Virus record (IMG/VR): IMGVR_UViG_3300020718_000010
Span: 1 to 64,000 of that record
Strand: one strand, 5' to 3'
Length of the DNA stretch: 64,000 bases
Origin: a virus
Taxonomy: Duplodnaviria; Caudoviricetes
Shown here: positions 23,312-32,817 of the stretch, piece after piece
Layout: the number at the start of each line of letters is the position of its first letter
How positions within the stretch are numbered: the stretch's first letter is position 1
Notes under the pieces: generated by a model
Databases searched by the model: none
What the model was told of the DNA's origin: nothing
Seen by the model: only the letters and a program-made list of their open reading frames with translations
Made by a program: the position numbers and the translations under genes

Positions 23312-26300
23312 GAAGAAACCTTTACTGCGTAGTGCGCCTGAACGCTATTGACACGAGCCGTACGCCACGCTGAACCATCATACATCTTGAAACTGTTTAT
23401 AGCAGGGTCGTAAATAACGTCTCCAATAGCAGGTACAGATGGGTATTCGTTGTACGTAATTGTTTCACTCACATTGTGAGAATAATTTGTAGAACCAGAA
23501 AGTTGCAATGCGTAATTATTTGAAGAAATAAGTGTTGGAGGTGCAACTGGATATACAGTTTCTTGATTTTTCCCGGAACCAAGAACGAGACCATAAGGTT
23601 TCATAAAATTAATTGAACCAACAGTTAACGTAGTCGGTATTGATGTTGTTAATAGAGCGGGTTGATTAACCACAACACCCGTAACGCCATTAAATTGAAG
23701 CGTTGAACCAGAAGAAATGGCAATAAGGCTTGGTTGGGTAAATGATATTGATGTTCCGCTTACTGAAGCAATTGTGGTGTCGTATGGGAACGCAGAAAAA
23801 TAAATGTACTTTCCGCTATTTGTTGAGTAAGCATTTTGGGAGAGAGTAACGGTTCCGTTGCCAATCGCCGTAACCGTGCAACCCGCCTGAACACCAGCAC
23901 CATAAACAGTCATACCAACTGAAACACCAACATTTGTAGATACTTGAATTATTGGTGAACTTATTGTTGTTGAAGCAATAGCAGAAACAGATATTGGTTT
24001 TTGACCAACAGTTAATGTGTTTGGAATAGAAGAAACAGAAATTGTTGAAATTCCAATTAATGCGTTTGAATTTAAAACCGTAGATGCAACAGGTGATTCA
24101 ATTACGTCGGTAATAAATGGCATATCAATAAAAAGGTCATTTTGCCCAAAGGTTAGGTAATAACCGGTGCCTGTATCGCCAAGCATTTGCGTCCACATCA
24201 TTGAGTCATTCATTGATGAGAATTGAATAAAATTATTTCCAGAAATAGTATTTGCATTAATGGTAAAACCCATCATGTTTGAGTCAAAATTATAAACAGG
24301 AGTAAATGGTTTTACGGGAATAAAAGCAGAACCGGAAGCAGGTGTTTTTTCGCTAACAATAAGTTCTTGGTTAAAACCATTTTCTCCAATAATTATTACG
24401 TCACCAGCGCCGAGCGGTTGTTGTAAATCAACAGTAACAATTGCTCCATAATTTGAAATTACACCGTTTGAACCAAAAGAAGTTGGGAAATTAAAGTTTG
24501 ACGTAAAAGGAATAACTGGAACATTTGTGTCGCCCGGCATTACTTGGGTTGTAACGTTTGTAATTACCGTACTTCCACTTGTTATTGTTCCACCAAAAGG
24601 CATTGGGTGGCTTATGCACTGAAAAGCGTATGTGCCGGTAGAGGTGGCAGCCGAACTAATTGTTACGGTTGCGTTTGTAATGTCTAATGCAGTGATTGTT
24701 GCGCCTGAAGGAATTCCCGTTCCCGCAACGGTCATACCAACCATTAAATTTCCTGTTGGGGCAATAGTCAACTTTTGTGATTGACCACCGTATGAAATTG
24801 TTATTGCCGTGCCTGAGGGAATCATGCAAGAAGAAGGTGTTGTGTAAAGGTTACCAACCATGTTCATTGAAGCGCTACCAACGTTGTCGCCAGTATTAAT
24901 ACCTTGAGAACCAAAAGTCAAAGAAATGTTTGAAGAAGAAATTAAAGCAGAAACAGCAACATTATTAGAGTTAACCAAAGTAATTGTATTATTTACCGCA
25001 TTTATAGAGCCAATAAATACTCCACCAATAACTTGAGGTGAAGTTGGAATTCCAGTTCCTATAACTAACATTCCAACAGAAAGATTTGTAGTTTTTGTAA
25101 CCGTAACTGTTGACGTTCCGTTTAAAGCGCAATCAAGAACAATTCCACTTAGGTAGAAATGAGGAAGGGTTATTTGGCTATACGACTGGTTTGTATCGTA
25201 AGTCGTAAGGTGAATTTCCGTTAAATCAGGATAAGAGTCATCTGTTGATGTATTTAAAGTAAGAACTTTATTTCCAACGGGGTCAAGCCCAACTGTTAAT
25301 ACGGTGTAATTGTCGTTACCAATATTTATAGCAAATGGAATTTGTGTAGGTATTGAACCTGTTTCAACAAAAGGAATTTGAGTAGAGCCATAGTTAATGT
25401 TTCCATTTACAAGACCAACAATTGGCGTGCAAGCCATGTCGTAAGGAATTATTGTTGGGTAAGCAGTTGGAAAACCAGAACCACTATTTATGTAAATTTC
25501 TTGACTTCCCATTGGTGCCGTTTGGCTTAAAGCGGCAGAAATTGCTGACTCCCCATTGCTGCCCGGCGTTAACCAAGGCTGGCTCATTCCAACAAGAGCA
25601 GTGGCATTTACAGCATCTGTGCCACTTACGTTTGATGCAATCAAAGCAGGCGTTTCATCCCCAAGTTCGGCATTTCCTAAAATAGGTGCCCCTTTTGCAT
25701 GAGAGTTTATAAAAGCATCCCCAACATAAAAAGCAGCGGGTGCGCTTAGTGGTGGCAAACTAAGGCTTAGAACAATTTTGTGAGGCAAAAGCGCTATTGC
25801 ATTTATTAAAGTTCCTGATTGAATTCCTAAATTTGTTGAATTATTTAATGGAATAAGTTCAGCGCCAATTGGAAAAATGCTTGAATTTGTAACGTTTGTT
25901 AAAACGGTTGCAGAATTGTAATCAACAACAACTGTTGGGTATGTTGTTAAAGAGTTGGCGGCTATAACCGTGTTGGTTGTCGGGCTGCTTAAGCCAACAA
26001 GGTTTCCACTAATTGAAAGAATTGTTGTTCCAGATGCAATACCTGTTCCAGCAATTGTTTGCCCAACTGTCCAATTCACCGGTGTTCCTGCAACAACAAT
26101 TACAGTACCCGTCGTTGTCCCCGCTGGTATTGAGCCCGAAAGAACAACCGTTGTTCCTGTTGCTGAAACAATTGTGAAGTTTTGAAGAATTGAATACCCA
26201 CCTTGAAGGGTGTAAAAAGCAACACTCATTCCTGCGGTGAGGCCAGCGATAGAACTTGCTGCTGTAAGGTTTGCAGAACTTGCAGTTGCAGTAGCGGTAA

Positions 26301-29300
26301 ATGAAACAGTTCCTGCATAAATGTTTGTTTTATTTGCAGTCGCCATTAACGCTATGTACGAAGTACCACTGTGTGCGTAAGAAGTTGAACTAACAAGCGG
26401 TACAGAAGAACCGCCTCCCCACGTTGGTGAAATTTGAACATATTCACTATTCAAACCATCAGAAATGTAAAGATTTCCTCCGGCATACATTCCAGCAGTG
26501 GATGTAACACTTATAGATTTGTCACCGACCGCTATTGATGCTGATGCTGATGTTGTTGCAGAACCGTTTGTTCCAGTAAAAGAAGAGATGGAATAAATTC
26601 CAGCAGTTATGTTTGGAAGAATTACGGGCTCATCAATTGCGTGGTCATGAGCAAAATTTTGATTTATTGCCAAATCCCATGAGACGGGAACGTTTGGGTA
26701 TTGGTTAGGCGCCGATGGCGTAAGGCCATCAACTCTTTGAAAGTTTCCTGAAAGAAGTACGGCTTCTTGCGTTTCTCCGCTTCCCACAATTACAACTCCA
26801 CCAGACGCCATAAGGTCAAGCGGTGCAACGCTTTGGTAAGTAATGGTGTTTATACCGTTAACGTCAAGGCCGCTAAAAACGTCGCTGGCCGGTGGTGGAT
26901 TTACAATAATAGAAGTTGTTGTACCACCAGTTACCGCTACTGCCAATGTAGAACCAGATAGTGAACCAATTTGAGATGGTACGACCGCCTCAAGGTCTCC
27001 CACCGTCGATGAACCAAAGTAACGTGCGCCTGCTTTGTAGGATGCAACAAAAGAACCTGCGTCGTGGTCGTAAATAAATGGAACGGGGCGAGTAACAACA
27101 CCGGGCCCAGAAGATGTTCCTCTTACTGAGTCAAAAGCAGAATAGGTAGAAACATTTCCTTCCCATACGTAAAGACCTGCTTTTGGAAAATTTAAATTGT
27201 TGTTGTAAAAACCGGCTTTTGGTTGCTGCAAGGTTTTTAATTGACTATCTGTAATAAATACTTGGTTCCCAACAACATTAGATGGTTGAACTGAAAAAAT
27301 AGAATTTTCGTAAACAAAGGTAGATACACCTTTTGACAAATAAGAAACTAAAGTACTTGTACTATCAAGCGTAACGCTTGCTTGGTTTTGGTTTTGGAAT
27401 ATTTCTGGTGTTCCATTTGTTGCAAGAACTCCAGTAAACGAAGCAGTAGCCGGTTGGCTCATTGTCAATATCAAACCAGAAACAGAAACAAGTGTTGTGC
27501 CAAGTGGAATTCCCGGACCGGTTACAGAACCACCAATTGTAAAACCACCAGTTGGTGTAGATGTTGCTGTCAATTGAGTTGATGAAGCAACAATGTTTAC
27601 TGTAAAACTTCCCGGGGTTGTTTTTCCTGTTAAAACAGTATTGGAAAGTGAAATTATGTTGTTAACAGAGTCAATGGCAGTTGCATAAGTGCTGAAGGTA
27701 ACATTTGTTGGCCAAGCACCGGTACTTTGAGTTGCGCCAAGGGAAACCGGTTTTGTTATGTTGATTCCAAAACTTCCACTTGGAATTGCCGTAAATGTTC
27801 CACTGAAAGTACCCGTTGGCATATTTGAGCCTGTTGTACTTAAGTTAATTGTTGTCCCTACTTGACTTGCAGCAACTACAGCAGGGGATGTCGGGAGGGC
27901 TATGGTATTTCCATTTGAATCTTTACCACTACCAGTTATAACTGCGCCGCCAGAAGGGAACGAAGAACCCGGACTTGTTGATGTTTTTGCAACTCCGGTG
28001 ATAGAAAAACTTGCAGCAGTTCCACTTCCAGCAATTGAAACAACGCCAGAATAGCCAAAGGCTTGATATATATAATCATCTACAATTCCATCATAAATAC
28101 GTGCAAGAATTTGCGTTTGCCCCGCAGGGATTCCCGAATATGTCGAATTATAAAAACCACCAGCAAGATACTGGCCATTGCTTAATTTAAACCATGTAGC
28201 AACTTTTCTGTCGGTCATGTTTTTTGTAGCGTTTTTATTTACGTAAACGCCAGCACCATAAGGTATTCCATTTCCATCAGCAGAAGATGTTTGAGAATTT
28301 GGAACCGCAGCGTTTACAGAAAGAACTTTTGAGCCCCTTAATCCATATTGGTCACCATCATCGACAAAAGAAACCCCGTACCATTCTGATAAAGGACTTA
28401 AACCAAAGTTAAGAACTTCACCTGAAGCGTGATAGTTAATGGTTCCTTTGTTGACGCCTGTATTTAGGTATGCACCTTTATTTGACGTAGAAACAACAAC
28501 AATTTGATTTTTTGCATATGCAGGGTTGTTTACCCCAGTATCAATAACATAAAATTCTTCAGGTCCAGCGCTTTGTCCAGTAGGTGGTGTCGGTGTAACA
28601 CCATTGACGGTTCCCGGTAAAGAAAAAGTATCTCCGGGGTAAAAAATGGGACGACCATTAAATGTGTTTGATGTAATGGTTAAGACTTTTGAACCATTGC
28701 CAAGAACGGTTGTTGTTCCGCCTACTTTTAGTTGGAAACCCGCTGGGTGGTCAAAAACTGGAAAACCCCACCACATTGTTGGTGGTACATTAATGTTATT
28801 AAGATAAGCATCTTGATATGTTGTAATAGAGTGCGCCATTGTTGTTGCGCTAGTAAAGTAAATAGTATTACCACTAATAGAAGATACTTTTAAGACTTCG
28901 GAACCATTTGTGTTGTCAGTAATTGTTACGTATTGGCCCGCAGAAAGTCCGCTTGGCGCATAGGCAAGTGTTACAGATGTAGCACCAGAACTTACAGCAC
29001 CAGATAATTGGCCAAATTGCGCATAACAAACAATGGTGTCACCGTTGACATTTGCAATGGTAAGTGTCTCTGCGTTTGCACCACTACCAATTGTTATTTG
29101 TTGTCCTGATGCGTAGTATTGACCAGTTCCTGTTGTAACCGTAAAAACAGCGGGAATTCCTACGTAAGCACCCTCAGCGTAGTAAGACTGAAGGTAACCA
29201 TTAAGGCCATAAACGTATCCCGGTGCAGCGTCTACCCCGGTGTAACCAGAAAGGTTTACGTAGTCAAACCCAGCATATCCGGCGCCGCCAAATGTTGGTA

Positions 29301-32300
29301 TAGCAACTCCACCGGCAACATAAAGGTCTGCGCTTCCTGATGCCCCCGCTAAGTTTGCATAAGCGTTTACAACTGAAGCATTTAAAGAATTTGTTTTTAC
29401 AGCAACTGAAGTATCTCCTGCTTTGGCGGAAGCATTTGGTAACGAATCAATTGTGCTGCTTGGGTATTCAGTAAAGGTAAAGGTTTCAGTTACATTTGTG
29501 GCGCTTAAAACAGTAATTGATTCCGCTAATTTTGTAGAGCCTGTGTAATAGTTGGCTTGGTTAAGCGTAATAATGTAATTGCTACCAGATTTTGTAACTG
29601 CAGTAATGTAGGTTTCAGTTCCTGTAATTCCACTGTAAAAGTAATTTCCAACAATTACTTGACCAACTTGTGGAACTGTACCTACCGTACCTTGCGTGGT
29701 TATTGTCTTTGACTGAGCAGTAAAATTACCGGCAAAAGATGTAGTAATGGTTGTTGTGGGTGTCTGACTTGTGGTGATAATTGTTGTGTTAAAAAATGAA
29801 TCGTAAGACACGCTTGTTAGAGATGTTCCGGTTGGAATTTGTCCATTTGCATCTGTAACAATTGTTGAGAAAAGCGGCAAAGAAGTTAATGCAGTTATGT
29901 TCCCTGTAAAATAAATAGTTCCAAGTCCGGGTTGAAATCTTCCGTTGGGCACCACGGTTGGTGTATAAATTTCATTTGGTCCCTTTGTTAAAGTAAGACC
30001 GTTAGAACCAACCGTAGGTACAATTTCACTTGTTGTGTAAGAAGCGGCGGTGGTGGTAGTTGTAGATGTTGCACCAGCGGCATTTGCGGTTAACTTAACG
30101 TACGCATCTTTTGCTGCGGGAACGTGGCCCATTAAATTGATAACAGGCGATGCAGACATTGCATTTGAACCAGAATTTGTAGCGGTTGCAGTTGCAACAA
30201 CGGCTGTACCAGAACTGTCAACCATTTTTATGGTTGCTGATGTTGGGCTTGCCCAAGTTACATCTCCAGCAACATTTGAAATAAGTGTTCCCGCAGGTAT
30301 TCCAAAACCAACTAAAGAATAACGGAATGGCCCAGTTGCATATGTTTGGTAGATACCAGTTATGTCAGAACCGCTAACAGTAATTGTGCTGCTTCCTAGG
30401 GTTACGCTTCCATTAATTAAATAAGTTTGCGCCCCAAAACCAAGTCCTGAGTCAGCAAAATTTCCTGTTGCTTGAATTGTTGCGTAACTACCATCTGGAT
30501 TTAAATACCAAGGCTCAGTAACAGATTGCAAAACTTGTGTTGAAGCAGTCCCTGTGTATGTACCTGTAAATGTATATGGGTTATTGGTAAAAACCGGGCT
30601 TCCAACAGTTGTTCCGGAAGCAATGTAGCCTTTATCGTCCGTGACAGCCATCCCAGAAACAAGATTTGCAATACTTGAACTGAATTGCCCCGTAATTGGT
30701 GGAATAATAATTCCTGTTGTTGAAGTGTTGTCAGACGCTTGAACACGTGCTGCACTTGCAACCGGACCAAAAAGAGTTGTGTCACTTGAGTCTGAAACAG
30801 TTGGGTTTGTTACACCAATAAGAGCACTGTAATTAGTTGCGTCTACAAGTCTTGGGTTTGCACCGTAGTAGCCAGCATCTGTTGTGTACGAACCGGTAAA
30901 TGGATTTGAACCAATGCTTTTTACCGTTGCGACAAGTGAAAGATTGCTAGTTCCGCTAAAGTCTTGAATTACAACTGGCATTACAAGTGTTCCGCCATAA
31001 ACAGGATTATTAACCGGGTCTGAGTAAATGTATGGTGCTGTTGAAAGACCAGATGTAAATGTATTCCCACCCGAAGTGTTTAAAGTAAGGCTTTGCCCTG
31101 CGATGTTTGAGGCAAACGCCGTTGCGCTATTTATTGTGTAATTAAAAGTGTAAGTGGTAGAAACCGTGTCGTTTACAGTTACATTGTTTGTAAGTGTTGA
31201 ATAGGTGCCGTTACTACTAAAAATACTTGTGTGTGACACAACGCTAACTGTTCCGCTTGCGGTTGCAGAAGAACTTATTTTTACGGTGTTTGTTCCAACG
31301 CTTACAATCCAAGTTCCTGCAGGGATTCCCGTTCCTGTAACAACTTGTCCCGGGTTCAAACCGGTTACGCTAGAAACTGAAGTTAAAACGTTGCTTCCAT
31401 TTGAGGTTGTTGCAGTGAAAGTCCAAGTTGGTACGTTTGAGTTTCCCGTTCCAAAAATCATTCCACCAAGTGGATACCCAACAGAGAATGCGTTTGGTTG
31501 AAAAACATTTCCGGGCGATGCTGAAGAAAGTGAACCCGAAAGCATTTGGCCAGTTTTTCCAGTTGCCGTAAACGAACTTGAGTATGGGAATGTGTATGTC
31601 CCACCTGAGGGTGTAGGAATTTTGTAAAGGTACGTACTTGTTGATGTGAGGTCAGTTGTAATGGTTGTGCCATTAATTGCAGTAATTACACCACCGTACC
31701 AACCAACTGGCTGGTAGTTATTTGGTGTCGCAATGTTAAATACTGCAGTAAGTGTTTGGCCAGTAGAGAAGTTGCCCGCACTTGAAAGAACAATCGTAGT
31801 GCTTGAAGAACCAATGGTGATACTGGAAATTTGAAAACCTGAAGCCACAAAAGAAACACTTCCGTCAGCGTCGCTTTCTGCGGCCTCTGGAGAAATGACT
31901 GGGTACTGGGTTAATACAACCGATGTTCCGCTTACCGAAGCGATGTGCGTCCCTGCCGTAATGCCGGGTCCAGAAACCATTTGCCCAACACTCAAACCAG
32001 TAATTGTGGGAACCGTCAAAATCTTTGTTACGTTTCCACTTGAATATGTAAATGTTCCAGAAAAAGCAACTGTATTAAAATCAGTAAGAATTGTTTCTAG
32101 GTTTGTTAAAGCCTTTGGGTCACCCGAACAAGAAATGTAGAAAGGGTCGCTAGAGTTTCCACCAACATTGTCTGGTGTTGGTGGATTGACCAAGGGCGCA
32201 TAGTAATTTGTTGAAGTGCCGCTAAAAGATGCGTTGTTTTGCATTACCGTTGCAGCAATTGCGCTTGGGGTATGTTGATAGTTATTAGAAGGAATCATTA

Positions 32301-32781
32301 CTGCTGATTCATTCGCACCAGCAGCGTAAAGGTCAGTTGAAACGGTTGGAATCAACCCTTTAACTCCAATAATTCCGGTTTCAGTAACAAAACCATCAGT
32401 TGAGTACGAGGAAGAAGAATAAGGGGTTTGACCCTTTTTGAGGCCTTCCATTACTACCAGAGAATCACCAGCAGCAAAATTAGAAACATCTTCTACGTAA
32501 AGGAAATTGTCTCCGTAATTTGCAACACTTGCTGAGCCAGCACCGTCAAGAACAATGTTTGTTCCACCCCTAATAACTTGGGTTGAATATGAATTACCAG
32601 TAAGAAATTTGGTGATGTCTTCTACGTGAGCAAAGTGAATTGTGCCAGTGGAGTCATTAATTGTTCCAACTGCAAATTTTGTAAGGTCAGCAAGGGCGGC
32701 GGCGGCTCCCGATGAACCAACTACGTTCCAGTAATCCGTGGTGATATTTGCAGCAACTGCTGTAGCGGTTAGTAGTTTCAT
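23308..32781 (-). CDS. Giant 3157-aa Thr/Ser/Gly-rich virion protein built of repeated beta modules
   Basis: First gene after TMP; >12 copies of G-x2-V-x-G-x-GI-P/A-x-GT-x-I/V-x2-V module. Confidence 0.8.
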   Translation of the reverse strand: MKLLTATAVAANITTDYWNVVGSSGAAAALADLTKFAVGTINDSTGTIHFAHVEDITKFLTGNSYSTQVIRGGTNIVLDGAGSASVANYGDNFLYVEDVSNFAAGDSLVVMEGLKKGQTPYSSSSYSTDGFVTETGIIGVKGLIPTVSTDLYAAGANESAVMIPSNNYQHTPSAIAATVMQNNASFSGTSTNYYAPLVNPPTPDNVGGNSSDPFYISCSGDPKALTNLETILTDFNTVAFSGTFTYSSGNVTKILTVPTITGLSVGQMVSGPGITAGTHIASVSGTSVVLTQYPVISPEAAESDADGSVSFVASGFQISSITIGSSSTTIVLSSAGNFSTGQTLTAVFNIATPNNYQPVGWYGGVITAINGTTITTDLTSTSTYLYKIPTPSGGTYTFPYSSSFTATGKTGQMLSGSLSSASPGNVFQPNAFSVGYPLGGMIFGTGNSNVPTWTFTATTSNGSNVLTSVSSVTGLNPGQVVTGTGIPAGTWIVSVGTNTVKISSSATASGTVSVVSHTSIFSSNGTYSTLTNNVTVNDTVSTTYTFNYTINSATAFASNIAGQSLTLNTSGGNTFTSGLSTAPYIYSDPVNNPVYGGTLVMPVVIQDFSGTSNLSLVATVKSIGSNPFTGSYTTDAGYYGANPRLVDATNYSALIGVTNPTVSDSSDTTLFGPVASAARVQASDNTSTTGIIIPPITGQFSSSIANLVSGMAVTDDKGYIASGTTVGSPVFTNNPYTFTGTYTGTASTQVLQSVTEPWYLNPDGSYATIQATGNFADSGLGFGAQTYLINGSVTLGSSTITVSGSDITGIYQTYATGPFRYSLVGFGIPAGTLISNVAGDVTWASPTSATIKMVDSSGTAVVATATATNSGSNAMSASPVINLMGHVPAAKDAYVKLTANAAGATSTTTTTAASYTTSEIVPTVGSNGLTLTKGPNEIYTPTVVPNGRFQPGLGTIYFTGNITALTSLPLFSTIVTDANGQIPTGTSLTSVSYDSFFNTTIITTSQTPTTTITTSFAGNFTAQSKTITTQGTVGTVPQVGQVIVGNYFYSGITGTETYITAVTKSGSNYIITLNQANYYTGSTKLAESITVLSATNVTETFTFTEYPSSTIDSLPNASAKAGDTSVAVKTNSLNASVVNAYANLAGASGSADLYVAGGVAIPTFGGAGYAGFDYVNLSGYTGVDAAPGYVYGLNGYLQSYYAEGAYVGIPAVFTVTTGTGQYYASGQQITIGSGANAETLTIANVNGDTIVCYAQFGQLSGAVSSGATSVTLAYAPSGLSAGQYVTITDNTNGSEVLKVSSISGNTIYFTSATTMAHSITTYQDAYLNNINVPPTMWWGFPVFDHPAGFQLKVGGTTTVLGNGSKVLTITSNTFNGRPIFYPGDTFSLPGTVNGVTPTPPTGQSAGPEEFYVIDTGVNNPAYAKNQIVVVSTSNKGAYLNTGVNKGTINYHASGEVLNFGLSPLSEWYGVSFVDDGDQYGLRGSKVLSVNAAVPNSQTSSADGNGIPYGAGVYVNKNATKNMTDRKVATWFKLSNGQYLAGGFYNSTYSGIPAGQTQILARIYDGIVDDYIYQAFGYSGVVSIAGSGTAASFSITGVAKTSTSPGSSFPSGGAVITGSGKDSNGNTIALPTSPAVVAASQVGTTINLSTTGSNMPTGTFSGTFTAIPSGSFGINITKPVSLGATQSTGAWPTNVTFSTYATAIDSVNNIISLSNTVLTGKTTPGSFTVNIVASSTQLTATSTPTGGFTIGGSVTGPGIPLGTTLVSVSGLILTMSQPATASFTGVLATNGTPEIFQNQNQASVTLDSTSTLVSYLSKGVSTFVYENSIFSVQPSNVVGNQVFITDSQLKTLQQPKAGFYNNNLNFPKAGLYVWEGNVSTYSAFDSVRGTSSGPGVVTRPVPFIYDHDAGSFVASYKAGARYFGSSTVGDLEAVVPSQIGSLSGSTLAVAVTGGTTTSIIVNPPPASDVFSGLDVNGINTITYQSVAPLDLMASGGVVIVGSGETQEAVLLSGNFQRVDGLTPSAPNQYPNVPVSWDLAINQNFAHDHAIDEPVILPNITAGIYSISSFTGTNGSATTSASASIAVGDKSISVTSTAGMYAGGNLYISDGLNSEYVQISPTWGGGSSVPLVSSTSYAHSGTSYIALMATANKTNIYAGTVSFTATATASSANLTAASSIAGLTAGMSVAFYTLQGGYSILQNFTIVSATGTTVVLSGSIPAGTTTGTVIVVAGTPVNWTVGQTIAGTGIASGTTILSISGNLVGLSSPTTNTVIAANSLTTYPTVVVDYNSATVLTNVTNSSIFPIGAELIPLNNSTNLGIQSGTLINAIALLPHKIVLSLSLPPLSAPAAFYVGDAFINSHAKGAPILGNAELGDETPALIASNVSGTDAVNATALVGMSQPWLTPGSNGESAISAALSQTAPMGSQEIYINSGSGFPTAYPTIIPYDMACTPIVGLVNGNINYGSTQIPFVETGSIPTQIPFAINIGNDNYTVLTVGLDPVGNKVLTLNTSTDDSYPDLTEIHLTTYDTNQSYSQITLPHFYLSGIVLDCALNGTSTVTVTKTTNLSVGMLVIGTGIPTSPQVIGGVFIGSINAVNNTITLVNSNNVAVSALISSSNISLTFGSQGINTGDNVGSASMNMVGNLYTTPSSCMIPSGTAITISYGGQSQKLTIAPTGNLMVGMTVAGTGIPSGATITALDITNATVTISSAATSTGTYAFQCISHPMPFGGTITSGSTVITNVTTQVMPGDTNVPVIPFTSNFNFPTSFGSNGVISNYGAIVTVDLQQPLGAGDVIIIGENGFNQELIVSEKTPASGSAFIPVKPFTPVYNFDSNMMGFTINANTISGNNFIQFSSMNDSMMWTQMLGDTGTGYYLTFGQNDLFIDMPFITDVIESPVASTVLNSNALIGISTISVSSIPNTLTVGQKPISVSAIASTTISSPIIQVSTNVGVSVGMTVYGAGVQAGCTVTAIGNGTVTLSQNAYSTNSGKYIYFSAFPYDTTIASVSGTSISFTQPSLIAISSGSTLQFNGVTGVVVNQPALLTTSIPTTLTVGSINFMKPYGLVLGSGKNQETVYPVAPPTLISSNNYALQLSGSTNYSHNVSETITYNEYPSVPAIGDVIYDPAINSFKMYDGSAWRTARVNSVQAHYAVKVSS

Positions 32782-32817
32782 AGTGGCCCTACACCACTTT
32801 ACCCTTAGTTTTTTTGA

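Noticed and set aside
32782-32798. AGTGG-TGTAGGG-CCACT hairpin before the giant gene resembles pistol ribozyme P1
   Set aside because: The downstream pseudoknot partner and P2/P3 are absent; the start codon follows directly. At most a weak translation-initiation hairpin
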